A DNA stretch of 64,000 nt, from positions 387 through 64,386 of the forward strand of contig JAUIFR010000001.1 of the NCBI GenBank assembly GCA_030430325.1, written 5' to 3'. Within the stretch, counting starts at the first letter, position 1, and every line of letters starts with the position of its first letter. Positions 17,575-28,065 of the stretch are shown one piece after another. Origin of the DNA: Bacteroidia bacterium (GTDB taxonomy: Bacteria > Bacteroidota > Bacteroidia > Cytophagales > Cyclobacteriaceae). Below the pieces are notes generated by a model. That model worked only from the letters and a program-made list of their open reading frames with translations, was not told the origin of the DNA and did no database searches. Position numbers and translations under genes: made by a program.

Positions 17575-18597
17575 ATGGAAAAAAGAACTGAGATCAGTAC
17601 ACTTGGCGAATTTGAATTGATTGAAAAAATAAAAAATCAAGCAAGTAAGTACAGACACCAGCAAAGTCACGTAGGAATAGGTGATGATGCTGCTGTTCTT
17701 TTAGAAGAAAACTACTACAAATTAGTATCAAGTGATTGGCTTATAGAGGGTGTGCATTTTGATTTAAGCTATATGCCGCTCATGCATTTAGGGTATAAAT
17801 TAGCCACAGTAAATTTCTCTGATATTTTTGCTATGAATGGGCAGCCTAGGCAGTTACTTGTAAATATTGCCATGAGCAACCGCTTTAGCACTGAGGCCAT
17901 TGATGAATTATACGCTGGTATATTCAAGGCTTGTCAAAAATATCATGTAGATGTGATCGGTGGTGACACAAGCTCATCGGCCAAAGGACTCTTGCTCTCT
18001 GCTACAGCAATAGGGCAAGTGGCCAAAAATCAACTTAGCCTACGAAGTGGAGCAAAGCCAAATGACATTATCTGTGTAACGGGTGATCTTGGGGCAGCCT
18101 ATTTGGGCCTGCAAGTATTGGAACGAGAGAAACAAGTTTACTTGAGTAATCCTGATATGCAACCTGATATTTCTAAATATTCATACTGCATTGGTAGGCA
18201 ACTTAAGCCAGAAGCACAGCAAAACTCGATCAACGACCTTAATGACATTGGCGTAGTACCCACCTCAATGATCGATATTTCAGACGGACTGGCTAGTGAA
18301 GTATTACATCTTTGTAAGGCTTCTAATGTAGGGGCCACCATCCATGAAGAGCACCTTCCAATTAATGCAGAAGCAATGGAAACAGCCCTTGAATTTAATA
18401 TTTCTCCGACCACTTGCGCGCTCAATGGAGGTGAAGATTATGAACTGTTATTTACGGTAAATCAAGAAGATTACGAACAAGTAAAGGAAATTCCAGATAT
18501 TCATTTTATTGGGTATATCACCAATGGCAAACCTATACTACATACTCGAGGAGGCCAAGATGTGGCCCTCCAAGCACAGGGTTGGAAGCATTTTTAG
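17575..18597 (+). CDS. thiL: Thiamine-monophosphate kinase
   Basis: AIR-synthase-like fold motifs are present: GIGDDAAVL and GGDTSSS. Confidence 0.85.
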   Translation: MEKRTEISTLGEFELIEKIKNQASKYRHQQSHVGIGDDAAVLLEENYYKLVSSDWLIEGVHFDLSYMPLMHLGYKLATVNFSDIFAMNGQPRQLLVNIAMSNRFSTEAIDELYAGIFKACQKYHVDVIGGDTSSSAKGLLLSATAIGQVAKNQLSLRSGAKPNDIICVTGDLGAAYLGLQVLEREKQVYLSNPDMQPDISKYSYCIGRQLKPEAQQNSINDLNDIGVVPTSMIDISDGLASEVLHLCKASNVGATIHEEHLPINAEAMETALEFNISPTTCALNGGEDYELLFTVNQEDYEQVKEIPDIHFIGYITNGKPILHTRGGQDVALQAQGWKHF

Positions 18598-18604
18598 TTA
18601 TATT

Positions 18605-18632
18605 TTGAACAAAATTTGCTAATTTTATTGAA
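18605..18632. repeat. Copy of the dispersed AT-rich palindromic element
   Basis: The sequence ttgaacaaaatttgctaattttattgaa lies between the convergent genes thiL and glyQS. Confidence 0.6.
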
Positions 18633-18636
18633 AAAC

Positions 18637-20121
18637 TTACAAAGACTTAAGAAAAGTAGACTCAGCGGTATGCTCAGCCAGTAATTTATGAACGGCTGCC
18701 ATCGGGATGCGTTCTTGCTTCATACTATCTCTATAGCGAACAGTAACCGTATCATCCTCAAGGCTTTGATGATCCACCGTAAAGCAGAACGGCGTGCCTA
18801 TGAGGTCTTGTCGGGTATAGCGCTTACCAATTGCCTGCTTTTCTTCATAAATTAATGGAAAGTCAAACTTTAAATCATTAAATAGGGCCATGGCCTTCTC
18901 TGGTAAACCATCTTTACGAACAAGTGGCAATATAGCACCCTTCATAGGTGCTAATGTTGGATGAAATTTTAATAAGGTACGCTGCTTAACTTTATCGCCA
19001 TCTTGTACTTCTTCTTCCCGATAAGCATGGGACATCAGCATCAAAAAGAGGCGATCACAACCTGCCGATGTTTCAACTACATGTGGAATATAATTTTTAT
19101 TAACCTCAGGGTCAAAATATTGTATTTTTTTTCGACTAACTTCGGCATGGCTTTTGAGGTCAAAATCTGTACGGTAATGGATGCCCTCTATTTCCTTTTT
19201 ACCAAAGGGGAAATTAAACTCAATATCTACAGCGGCTCTGGCATAATGAGCGAGCTTAATATGGTCATGATACTGAAGGGATGCCTCTGGTATACCCAAC
19301 GCATGATACCATTTCATTCGTTTCTCTTTCCAATGCTCGTACCACAGCATGCCATGATCCTCTCTCACGAAGAACTGCATCTCCATTTGCTCAAATTCTC
19401 GCATTCTAAATATAAACTGTCTCGCTACGATTTCATTCCGAAAGGCCTTACCAATCTGAGCAATACCAAAAGGCACTTTTTGCCGGGCTGTTTTCTGTAC
19501 ATTCAAAAAGTTCACAAAGATACCCTGGGCTGTCTCTGGTCTTAAATAGAGCGTGTCTGCCTCTTCAGCCACGGAGCCTACTTTCGTCTCAAACATTAGG
19601 TTGAATTGACGCACCTCTGTCCAATTAACAGTACCTGATATGGGGCATGTGATTTGCTCCTTTACAATTAAATCGTGTAAGCCGTCAAGGTTATCTTGTT
19701 CAAGCAAGTGCTCCATTTCTTCGATGACATGCTGAGCTTTGTCTTCATTACCATTTTGGCGAAGGTTTTCTGCAAAATCCTCAATAAGGGTATCGACGCG
19801 ATAGCGTTTTTTAGAATCTTTGTTGTCGACCATGGGGTCATTAAAACTGGATACATGCCCAGAGGCTACCCATGTTTTTGGATGCATGAAGATGGAGGCA
19901 TCAATGCCAACGATATTTTCATGAAGTTGTACCATACTCTTCCACCATAGCTGCTTAATATTATTCTTAAGGGCTACACCGTAAGGCCCAAAGTCATACA
20001 CGGCCTGCAAGCCATCGTAAATTTCACTACTTGGGTATACAAATCCATACTCCTTGGCATGGGCAATGATTGACTTTAGTGACGTATCTTCGAGTGTAGG
20101 TGCTTGTGTGGCCATAGTCAT
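18637..20121 (-). CDS. glyQS: Glycine--tRNA ligase (class II, homodimeric type)
   Basis: The 494-aa protein has typical GlyRS motifs (YLRPETAQGIFVNF, GKAFRNE). Confidence 0.9.
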   Translation of the reverse strand: MTMATQAPTLEDTSLKSIIAHAKEYGFVYPSSEIYDGLQAVYDFGPYGVALKNNIKQLWWKSMVQLHENIVGIDASIFMHPKTWVASGHVSSFNDPMVDNKDSKKRYRVDTLIEDFAENLRQNGNEDKAQHVIEEMEHLLEQDNLDGLHDLIVKEQITCPISGTVNWTEVRQFNLMFETKVGSVAEEADTLYLRPETAQGIFVNFLNVQKTARQKVPFGIAQIGKAFRNEIVARQFIFRMREFEQMEMQFFVREDHGMLWYEHWKEKRMKWYHALGIPEASLQYHDHIKLAHYARAAVDIEFNFPFGKKEIEGIHYRTDFDLKSHAEVSRKKIQYFDPEVNKNYIPHVVETSAGCDRLFLMLMSHAYREEEVQDGDKVKQRTLLKFHPTLAPMKGAILPLVRKDGLPEKAMALFNDLKFDFPLIYEEKQAIGKRYTRQDLIGTPFCFTVDHQSLEDDTVTVRYRDSMKQERIPMAAVHKLLAEHTAESTFLKSL

Positions 20122-20190
20122 TATTTTATTTGTACAAAATTAGGGCTATTCTATCAAAAAGATAAGCTAATCATCCACTTTTTAATTTTT

Positions 20191-20218
20191 TTGAACAAAT
20201 TTTGCTTAATATATTCAA
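20191..20218. repeat. Copy of the dispersed AT-rich palindromic element
   Basis: The sequence is ttgaacaaattttgcttaatatattcaa. Confidence 0.55.
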
Positions 20219-20320
20219 TGTGTGTTATAGTTTGGCCGTTTTTTCAACTTTTTTTATATTATTTTAAAAAAAATACAGCGAAGGGGTTCATTCCACCGTC
20301 TTGATTAAAAATAGATTTTA

Positions 20321-21064
20321 AATTACACAAAAATCATTTGGCTTTAAATTTTAGTAGCTATAATTTTTAATTACACAAAAAAACTGTAAATTTCACCCAA
20401 AAAATGGGAAGAAAAGTAAGAGGTATTCAGGGGTATACACCCCAGCAGATCATGGAGCAAATAGAACAAGACCCAAATTACAAAATTGGGATGCAGCTCT
20501 GTGCCATCTATCAGCTGTCACTAGGTAGATCAAGTCGTGAGCTGAAAGAACTATTTGATGTGAGTTTTAAACAAATCCTAAATTGGGCAGATAGGTTTGA
20601 AAAACACGGTGTAGCTGGGTTGAAATATCAGGGAGGGCGTGGGCGAAAAAGTCGGCTTACACTGGATCAAAAGGAGAAGCTTAAAAATGTAATATTAAAT
20701 GAGCTTCCCAGTGATTATGGCTATAATTCAGACACATGGAGCGGGCCCATTGTGCTGGAATGGGTTAATGACAATTTAGGAATCACATACAAACAGGCAC
20801 AAATTTATAATATATTACGTTCGCTTGGTTTGAGTTAATAATAGCAAAAAAGTAAGTCAACTAAAAAAATGTAATTTTAAAAAACGTGAAAAAAGTAATG
20901 AATAATAGGAAGCACCATCATGAGAAATTACAAAAAGTGTAATTTTCCTAATCTAGTATTAAATTTCCCTGACTATACTGTACAGAAATTCGCCCTTAAG
21001 CAAATGCTTTTAGTCCAAATAAGCCTAAATATATGTGTAATTAATTATTAGGAAATTGTGTAAT
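20321..21064 (+). mobile_element. Deletion derivative of an IS630-like element (N-terminal ORF only), with nested AATTACACA/TGTGTAATT ends
   Basis: On the left, aattacaca occurs at 20321 and 20369. On the right, tgtgtaattaattatta is at 21034-21050 and tgtgtaat at 21057. No DDE domain follows the HTH ORF. Confidence 0.6.
20404..20838 (+). pseudogene. IS630-family transposase N-terminal (HTH) fragment
   Basis: The 144 aa are collinear with 2764-3306 (..GRGRKSRLTLDQKEKL..YGYNSDTWSGP..). It stops at ..RSLGLS, where the intact type continues into the DDE domain. Confidence 0.7.
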
Positions 21065-21071
21065 CTTTAAC

Positions 21072-21521
21072 TCAAACTGTAACAAGAGACTTCTGCTCTG
21101 CAAACTCCTTGAATTTCTTTAAATAGGCATTAATCAGAGATTTGAAATCTTCTTTTTTAAATAGGGACATTACGCTCATGATGCCATTAAAATGAAAATC
21201 ATTTTGGGCAATCCAACGCGTACGATTAGCACCTATTGGCATGAATTTACTCGTTAGCTTATTAGAAATGCCCTTAGTTTTAAAAAGACGGTTGACATCT
21301 CGAGGGGAGGTTGCTGGAAGGATGGTTTCTGTCATTTCAATCTCACGATTACCAATCTGATAGTGCAATTTAGACTTAGCACCTACCTGCCCAGACTCAC
21401 CCTTAATAGTGCGATAACTCTTTAGCTTTGGTTGCCAATTAAACAAATTATCTGGGTCTTGAAACAATTCAAGTACATCATTGATAGGTAGGTCAATCTC
21501 AATTTCAGCTTGGAACTTCAT
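21072..21521 (-). CDS. SRPBCC (polyketide cyclase/START-like) family protein
   Basis: The 149-aa length and the N-terminal pattern MKFQAEIEIDLPINDVLELFQDPDNLFNW fit this family. Confidence 0.6.
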   Translation of the reverse strand: MKFQAEIEIDLPINDVLELFQDPDNLFNWQPKLKSYRTIKGESGQVGAKSKLHYQIGNREIEMTETILPATSPRDVNRLFKTKGISNKLTSKFMPIGANRTRWIAQNDFHFNGIMSVMSLFKKEDFKSLINAYLKKFKEFAEQKSLVTV

Positions 21522-21833
21522 AGCATTACTAATTTAAAAAAACAGAGATTATAAAAAAATTCTACTAATGACAAGTATAATAAATTATAACAACAATTCC
21601 AACAGTTTGGGTGTCAGCCACATATATATTTTATTCAAATGGTAGTGGAATTCATAGTGTAAACATGCGTAGTTGCTGAGTTTAAGGAATAGATTTTAAT
21701 TGCAAAATAAAATCAAATTTTGAATATATTTTGGTAATTTTATTTAATTTAATATAACAATCCACTAAAATACCCAACCGAATCCCGGTACGGGGAACCT
21801 GCGCCTGGAAAAAACGCCTAGCCTAATTTGTCC

Positions 21834-21865
21834 AAAACAAAAAAAGAGGGCCACTGGCCCTCCTC
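21834..21865 (-). terminator. Intrinsic terminator of the OmpA/TSP3 gene
   Basis: Hairpin gagggcc/ggccctc followed by a T-run on the minus strand. Confidence 0.7.
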
Positions 21866-21884
21866 ATATTACTTTTCTAATGAT

Positions 21885-24320
21885 CTAGTCAAATACAACT
21901 TCCATTTCTACCCTTCTATTTTTCTGGCGTCCTTCTTTAGTCGCGTTGTCAGCGATTGGACGATCGGGCCCATAGTGCTCGGTAATGATTTGAGTAGAAC
22001 GTACTTCTTGCTCAACTAAGAATATTTTTACAGCATTCGCCCTTAATTCGGAGAGCTTCATATTGTATCTTCTCTGCCCTACATTATCTGTATGACCTGT
22101 AAGCTTCAACTTCCAATCTGGCTTTTCTTTAAGCAAGTTGGCAAGCTCAACTAATGAAGTGTAAGAAGATGTTTTGATCACCGCCTTACCCGATTCAAAT
22201 TCTAAGTTATCAAATGCCGTATTTAGCACTTCTTGCTCTTCTTCTTTAATTTCTGGGCAACCATCGTTTTCAGGCACACCTGGCGTTGCAGGGCATTTAT
22301 CTTCTTTGTCGATTACACCATCACCATCGGTATCACTATAAGGGCAACCGTTGTTTTCTGGTGGTCCGGGGGCCTCAGGGCAGCCATCCGAATCGTCTTT
22401 GATGCCATCACCATCCGAATCTGCATAAGGGCAGCCATCGTTTTCTGGTATTCCGGCTTCCTGCGGACACTTATCTTCATGATCGTGGATGCCATCACCA
22501 TCTGAGTCAGGACAACCTTTCTTCTCAACTGGGCCAGGAATCTCTGGACACAAGTCCTTGCTATCAATAACGGTATCTCCATCTTTATCCGGACATCCTT
22601 TTTGCTCTACTAAGCCTGGAATTTCAGGGCAGTAATCCTCTAAGTCAATAACGGTATCCCCGTCCTTGTCCGGACAACCTTTATATTGAGCCGGGCCTGG
22701 ATCTTGAGGGCAGCGGTCTTCCTTATCGGCTACACCGTCACCATCGGTATCAGGGCAGCCTTTAAACTGCGCCGTACCAGGTTGAGTAGGGCAATCATCT
22801 TCACTATCCTGAATCATATCGCCATCAGTATCAGGGCAACCCCTAAACTCCCATACACCAATTGTAGTAGGGCACATATCAAATTTATCTGAAACTTTAT
22901 CCCGATCCCTATCTTTAGGTGAAGGGAAGTTTACAGGTATTTTTAAACTCGCATGCACATAAGTATCTGCAAAATCAGATTTGAACACCAACGGCACCAC
23001 AAAATTAGAAGCTCCAACAGTAAGGGGACCTACACGTACTGAAAATCCAGCGTTTAATTTACGAATGGGATCATAAGTAATTGGAATTGCAGCCTCAAAA
23101 TAAGTGGTTTCAAACCTTGGTGTAAGCGCAATAGAACTCAAATAATGGATTTTTTCATGATTACTAGACCCCTGCCTAAAGCTAATAATGGGCGTTAGGT
23201 TAGCATAAAAGTTGCCATAAAAATTATAATCTGCTTCTAAGGCGATTCGGGTTGGTAATCCTACGCGATATGATCCTGTAGTAGGTGAATAATCTGTGTA
23301 ATCGTCAATAATTCCATAAAGTCCATTAAGTAAATCACCTTCATCTAGCTCAATATCGCCTGTATCAACAGTGGAGCCAGCAGTCGAGTAGGTGCCGCTA
23401 TTTGATCCATAATTATACTTTACGCTTCCAATATCTAATATGGAGAGCCCAACCTTTAACAAGTACTTGTTGAGGTCACGTCGCCACATGTCTGTTTTAC
23501 CATCCATATCATATTTATAGTCTTTGTAGTTTGGGCGGAACTCATATACTACACCCAAATCCAGTCCTAAATTAAGGCCAGACAAATTCAAGCCACCATC
23601 ATTTAGGTCCAAACCTGTAGAATATCCGGATATTAATTGGCCACTTACGTCAATGGAATTATCATCTTGCGCATTTACATTATAACCAATATTATTTCCG
23701 GCAAAGTAAAAGGACTGAATTCCTTGTAGCAACTTGAGCGACCCACCTGCCTTTAGAAAATGTTCGTTTTGGTCCATTACTACTTGAGCATAATGTAAAT
23801 TGTATTCAAACCAGGTATGATGATAAATACCAAAATAATCATCTATTCGATTATCTTTCCACCGGTCAGGCTCATCTTGGATCTCTCTGCTAAACCGGAT
23901 GACCTCTTCATCCAAGTCATCAATATTAGTAACCGAACGAAACGCTGTTGAAAACCCTATGCCACGGCCTTGTGGAAGTGAAATCATAAAGGATGGTAAC
24001 TGCGCATACATATTGATAAACAAACATTTCGGCTTGCCATTAAAGTTTTCCTTAATGAAGGTGTCATTAAAGGTGGAGTCCATATCCACATCAAGATTAG
24101 TGATCAGGAATGGATCTAGGTATGCGTAATTATTGCTTCCTAAAAAACTAATAGATAGCAGGTTAACATCTACATGTAATCGGCTGTCAGCAATAGCTGC
24201 AGGCTGAAAACCTACACGGTTGATGCCCGCATAATTACTCGCATGGTATCCGACAAAGTCTTGAGCGCTTGCCGAAAAAATCAAAATAAAGGTCAATAGA
24301 AAGTAGCAAATCTTTTTCAT
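21885..24320 (-). CDS. OmpA-family protein with an N-terminal beta-barrel-like region and seven thrombospondin type 3 (calcium-binding) repeats
   Basis: Seven GCPD(T/K/S)DGD..D.ED.CP repeats are followed by a C-terminal OmpA domain (TGHTDNVG..YNMKLSELRA). ATG 24320 gives the signal peptide MKKICYFLLTFILIFSASA. The track start is TTG 24347. Confidence 0.85.
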   Translation of the reverse strand: MKKICYFLLTFILIFSASAQDFVGYHASNYAGINRVGFQPAAIADSRLHVDVNLLSISFLGSNNYAYLDPFLITNLDVDMDSTFNDTFIKENFNGKPKCLFINMYAQLPSFMISLPQGRGIGFSTAFRSVTNIDDLDEEVIRFSREIQDEPDRWKDNRIDDYFGIYHHTWFEYNLHYAQVVMDQNEHFLKAGGSLKLLQGIQSFYFAGNNIGYNVNAQDDNSIDVSGQLISGYSTGLDLNDGGLNLSGLNLGLDLGVVYEFRPNYKDYKYDMDGKTDMWRRDLNKYLLKVGLSILDIGSVKYNYGSNSGTYSTAGSTVDTGDIELDEGDLLNGLYGIIDDYTDYSPTTGSYRVGLPTRIALEADYNFYGNFYANLTPIISFRQGSSNHEKIHYLSSIALTPRFETTYFEAAIPITYDPIRKLNAGFSVRVGPLTVGASNFVVPLVFKSDFADTYVHASLKIPVNFPSPKDRDRDKVSDKFDMCPTTIGVWEFRGCPDTDGDMIQDSEDDCPTQPGTAQFKGCPDTDGDGVADKEDRCPQDPGPAQYKGCPDKDGDTVIDLEDYCPEIPGLVEQKGCPDKDGDTVIDSKDLCPEIPGPVEKKGCPDSDGDGIHDHEDKCPQEAGIPENDGCPYADSDGDGIKDDSDGCPEAPGPPENNGCPYSDTDGDGVIDKEDKCPATPGVPENDGCPEIKEEEQEVLNTAFDNLEFESGKAVIKTSSYTSLVELANLLKEKPDWKLKLTGHTDNVGQRRYNMKLSELRANAVKIFLVEQEVRSTQIITEHYGPDRPIADNATKEGRQKNRRVEMEVVFD

Positions 24321-24549
24321 GTATTTATGGGTTGAGTTCACTTGCAACTAATCAATAATAATGCCAAATATAAATTTATTGATTAAAAATTAAAAGTAAA
24401 ATAATTGATCAAGTTTGTGTCAAACAATGTACACCTTTATTATTAATCTAACATAGTATGGTGTATTCATTAGTTTAGGTTAAGTTGGGTGTAGGGTCAA
24501 CTTACACCATGGTTTTGAGCACATGTTCAAGACTACCTTATTTCTCATG

Positions 24550-24571
24550 CCCCCGAAAGGGGGTATTTTTT
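24550..24571 (+). terminator. Orphan plus-strand terminator-like hairpin with no upstream plus-strand ORF
   Basis: The sequence is cccccgaaaggggg followed by tattttttatt. Confidence 0.5.
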
Positions 24572-24958
24572 ATTAAATATAACTTTGATTAACAATTGGT
24601 AAGAGGTGTAGAACAACTATCATCAGGATGTAGCCAGCCTTTTTGCTGCTCCCCAGCTCCATTAATATAATTAATATAAATCCAATATAATGCCGGTTTA
24701 ACATATAATTATAATAATAATAAAATATAATTATTTTATTTTGATTTTAAAATTAAAGGTATAAATTACCTGAGTACGATTATTAAGTGATTGATTTTTA
24801 ATTTTTTATATGTTTTGTGTCTTATTTTTTGGGCCATTACCTCGTATTTTAGCTTAAAATTATAATTAATTGACTATCAAATATTTACAACCCTACTTCA
24901 AATGCAAAACGAGTATTAATTATCATTTTTTGCGAGCTGTCCGATTCTGTGATTCAGA

Positions 24959-24997
24959 CAAAAAAATGAACGGGACTGGCTTCCCGCTCACTTTTTT
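24959..24997 (-). terminator. Terminator downstream of gene 25117-27690, flanked by an A-run and a T-run
   Basis: The sequence is aaaaaaatgaacgggactggcttcccgctcactttttt. Confidence 0.6.
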
Positions 24998-25116
24998 AGA
25001 AATATGATGTTCTATATTAAGATTAGTTATAATTTATACTTCCATTCAGTAATTCCTTCTTCAATTACTATATCAAGAGCGTTTAGTACAACGATATTCC
25101 ACATATATTAATAAAC

Positions 25117-27690
25117 CTATTGCAATGAGATTCGATATTTATAATCCCTGTTATTTTGAACAACAGTCATAAAATATAACCCTTTTGGTAAATGACTTAT
25201 GTTTAAGCTATATTGATTGGCTAACCCCTCCAAAACGAATATGTCTGCAAGTATACCCCTTGAATCATAAATAAGTATTTTTCCCATACCGGAACGCTCA
25301 AATACTAAATTAAGTTGCCCATTTGTCGGGTTAGGGTATATATTACTAACAAAAGATTCTTTGTTTACACTCGTAATCTGGTCCGGAGCATCTTTAGTGA
25401 CAACTACTTGCACCGTTTCAGAAATAAGCTCATCACAAGAGCCATATACTGTACACATGTACTCCCCCGTATGGCTTTCCTCTGCTGCAGTAATTTTCAA
25501 GGTGGAAGTGTTGGTACCACTAATGGCACCTTCATCCGTAAGCTCTTTTCCGTCAAGTGACCATTTATAGGATACGGGCTCACCATTCACTTCAATTTCT
25601 AAACTAAAAGGATCACCCACACGCACATCAATATTGTCCGAAATAGTAGTTACTTCTAAATTTCCAAATATACCAATAGTAGCAACTTGAACATCTATAG
25701 GTGCTCCACAAGATGCCGTAACATCAACGGTATAAAACCCAGCATCTGCTGCTTTGAAGCTTTCAATAATTAGATTTTGAGCTGTTGCATTTGCAATTGG
25801 CGCTCCATCCAAATACCACTGAAACGATAGATCCTGATTGCTTGTATTGACCTGTAATTCAATTTGTTCTCCTTCGCAGTAAAGTAAATCTTCCGTTTGT
25901 TGTGATATGGATATATTATCAGTAATTGTTAACGTTACATCATCTTCTGCTTGCCCGCAATCATTCGAAGCTACACATTTATAAGTACCTCCATCTTCCA
26001 CTGTTAAATTTATAAGTGCTAGTGAACTATTTGTTTTGTCAGCTAATAGCTGCCCATCTTTAAACCATTGATATGTGTCGTCATTCCCTCCAAAGTTAGG
26101 GTTTAATTCGATAGAACTGCCAATACAAATTGTTTCATCCGACATTGGTGTGTCAGCTGTAGGAACCTCATTCACCACTAAACTTGATTCACTTATGATA
26201 GGATCATCACATGGCGAGCTAACAATACATGAATACGTTCCTGTATCACTACCTTTTGTATCAAATATGGTAATTTTAAAGGTATTAGCTCCTTCCATTA
26301 CGCCAGGTATATCCGTAAGATCTTCACCGTCTTTCTGCCACTGATACGTGATGTTACTAATACCAAGTTCTACATGTAATGACACTTCTGCTCCTGCACA
26401 TACTGTCTGATCTTCAGGCTCATAAGCAAAACCATCCAGCTTATAACAATTTCTATAAATATAAATAGCACCCGCAAAAGCTATACCATCTTTATACGTA
26501 CCAGGAGCTCCAACAAAATAATATTCAGCATTATTCTCAACAGCAGCGCCTATTGCATCACCATCAGCAGCTCCTGCTGGTTCGGCTACGCCAAATAAAC
26601 CCCATGAGTCTGGTACATCATTAAAACCACTTACATTGGTAGTGGCAACACCTTTTAATGATTCATTAACACCTGGAGCCCCTGCTATAACTATATCATC
26701 GTACAAACTCACGCTCGTGCCCAGTGCATATTCTCCAAAAATATGGCTTGGGTTGCTAATCGTTGATACTAATCCCCAGTTATCTGGGCCACCCTCATCC
26801 TTTCTATAAATATTTACAACTCCTGTATTATTTTCATCCATATCAACCTGTCTTCCACCTACTGCCAGGATATCCCCATCCACTTCGAGCGAACAAGCAA
26901 ATTTTCCATTAATATCTGGGTTAGGTGACGAAAAACAGAACTTTTTTTGTTCGACCCACTCCCCACCTTCACGATAATAAACAAAAACCAAACCGCCATT
27001 GATATCACATTGTGGTAAATTACCATCTATATCATCTTGAGCCCCAACTATTAAAGTGTTATTTTCAAGAGTCACAGATGCTGCAAACCCTGCAGCATTT
27101 GCAGCTGTTTTGATTTGGTCAAATTCCCAGGTTCCGTCTGGAGAATAAAAATAGGTATATGCTCTTCCTCCAACATCATTCTCCTTATAGGGAGCACCAA
27201 TTGCCAACATATTTCCATGAATATCAATAGCGGCCCCAAAACGATCACCTGCCTGAGGAGAAACAGCATCAAATAACTCGCTCATTTCCCAATTATTGTT
27301 TCCATTATAGCAGTAAACACGACCAACATCTTGCATGCCCTCATAGTCTTGATAAGGTGCTCCTACTGCCACACTGATGCTTTCATTACTTTTGTGGATG
27401 GAAATGGCTTCACCGTAGCCATCTGCCTCACTAGGCCCCTGAAGCGTATGGATTAGGCCCCAGCTATCACTATTTGGATCTTTTTGATAAATGTAAACTT
27501 TTTTGGAGCCCGGAGCCGAAACCGCCAAATATTCTTCCGTAGCATCTATAGCAGTACCAAAATAATCAAACTCGGATGGGCTTTCCAAGTCTAATTTATC
27601 AATATAAAGTAACTTATCTTGGCTAAATAACGTATATGGAAAGGTTAATAAAATAACAATTGCCCAAATAATAGATCGATTCTTTTTCAT
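25117..27690 (-). CDS. Secreted FG-GAP/beta-propeller plus Ig-like repeat protein with a T9SS C-terminal sorting domain
   Basis: It has a signal peptide, repeated FG-GAP-like segments (GDRFGAAIDI..) and four Ig-like modules (YQW.KDG). The C-terminus IYPNPTNGQLNLVFE...LPKGLYFMTV is typical of a type A sorting domain. Confidence 0.8.
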   Translation of the reverse strand: MKKNRSIIWAIVILLTFPYTLFSQDKLLYIDKLDLESPSEFDYFGTAIDATEEYLAVSAPGSKKVYIYQKDPNSDSWGLIHTLQGPSEADGYGEAISIHKSNESISVAVGAPYQDYEGMQDVGRVYCYNGNNNWEMSELFDAVSPQAGDRFGAAIDIHGNMLAIGAPYKENDVGGRAYTYFYSPDGTWEFDQIKTAANAAGFAASVTLENNTLIVGAQDDIDGNLPQCDINGGLVFVYYREGGEWVEQKKFCFSSPNPDINGKFACSLEVDGDILAVGGRQVDMDENNTGVVNIYRKDEGGPDNWGLVSTISNPSHIFGEYALGTSVSLYDDIVIAGAPGVNESLKGVATTNVSGFNDVPDSWGLFGVAEPAGAADGDAIGAAVENNAEYYFVGAPGTYKDGIAFAGAIYIYRNCYKLDGFAYEPEDQTVCAGAEVSLHVELGISNITYQWQKDGEDLTDIPGVMEGANTFKITIFDTKGSDTGTYSCIVSSPCDDPIISESSLVVNEVPTADTPMSDETICIGSSIELNPNFGGNDDTYQWFKDGQLLADKTNSSLALINLTVEDGGTYKCVASNDCGQAEDDVTLTITDNISISQQTEDLLYCEGEQIELQVNTSNQDLSFQWYLDGAPIANATAQNLIIESFKAADAGFYTVDVTASCGAPIDVQVATIGIFGNLEVTTISDNIDVRVGDPFSLEIEVNGEPVSYKWSLDGKELTDEGAISGTNTSTLKITAAEESHTGEYMCTVYGSCDELISETVQVVVTKDAPDQITSVNKESFVSNIYPNPTNGQLNLVFERSGMGKILIYDSRGILADIFVLEGLANQYSLNISHLPKGLYFMTVVQNNRDYKYRISLQ

Positions 27691-28065
27691 AGTTTATAAT
27701 TGTTAATAATTACTTATTGGCTAGTAAATTTTAAGCAATCAATTGAACAAAGTGGTCTTTAATTTTTATTTATTTTTATAGTCAAACAAAACATTGTCTA
27801 TAATTTCCAACCAAACCCACGAGGTTCAATTTATTTTGTAAAAATTCTAATATTGTTCAGCAAAAATCATTCCAAATAATGCGAATTATATTAGATTATA
27901 CATATTCATTTATTATATGAACGAAACTTTTATTAAAAAAGTATATGATTTTAGAAGTTTATAGAGAATGAAAGATAATTTTTATTGACTAAACCCATTA
28001 ATTTTAATTATTTATAGTGGCTATCACTACTTATTTATTAGATTAAAGATTTTTAAACAAAAACA

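Noticed and set aside
21771-21835. GC-rich patch (cccaaccgaatcccggtacggggaacctgcgcctggaaaaaacgcctagcc) in an AT-rich spacer, considered as an ncRNA or att remnant
   Set aside because: I could not fold it into a convincing tRNA-like or known ncRNA structure and found no repeat partner. It is left unassigned.
22230-22900. Regularly spaced ~81-87-nt DNA repeats that could look like an array
   Set aside because: They are in-frame coding repeats (seven thrombospondin type 3 units, GCPD.DGD..D.ED.CP) inside the OmpA-family ORF. They are not a CRISPR array or a non-coding tandem repeat.
24660-24900. Extremely AT-rich stretch (taatataattaatataaat...) considered as a CRISPR leader/array or an origin
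   Set aside because: No repeat-spacer periodicity or DnaA-box-like motifs were recognisable. It looks like a low-complexity AT-rich spacer.
24935-24960. The sequence gtccgattctgtgattcagac resembles the outer end of the CGGAT-type repeat (atccgtgattcag at 3404-3416)
   Set aside because: Only about 12 nt are similar, and there is no paired copy or GxxExxY gene nearby. This is too weak to call another cassette end.
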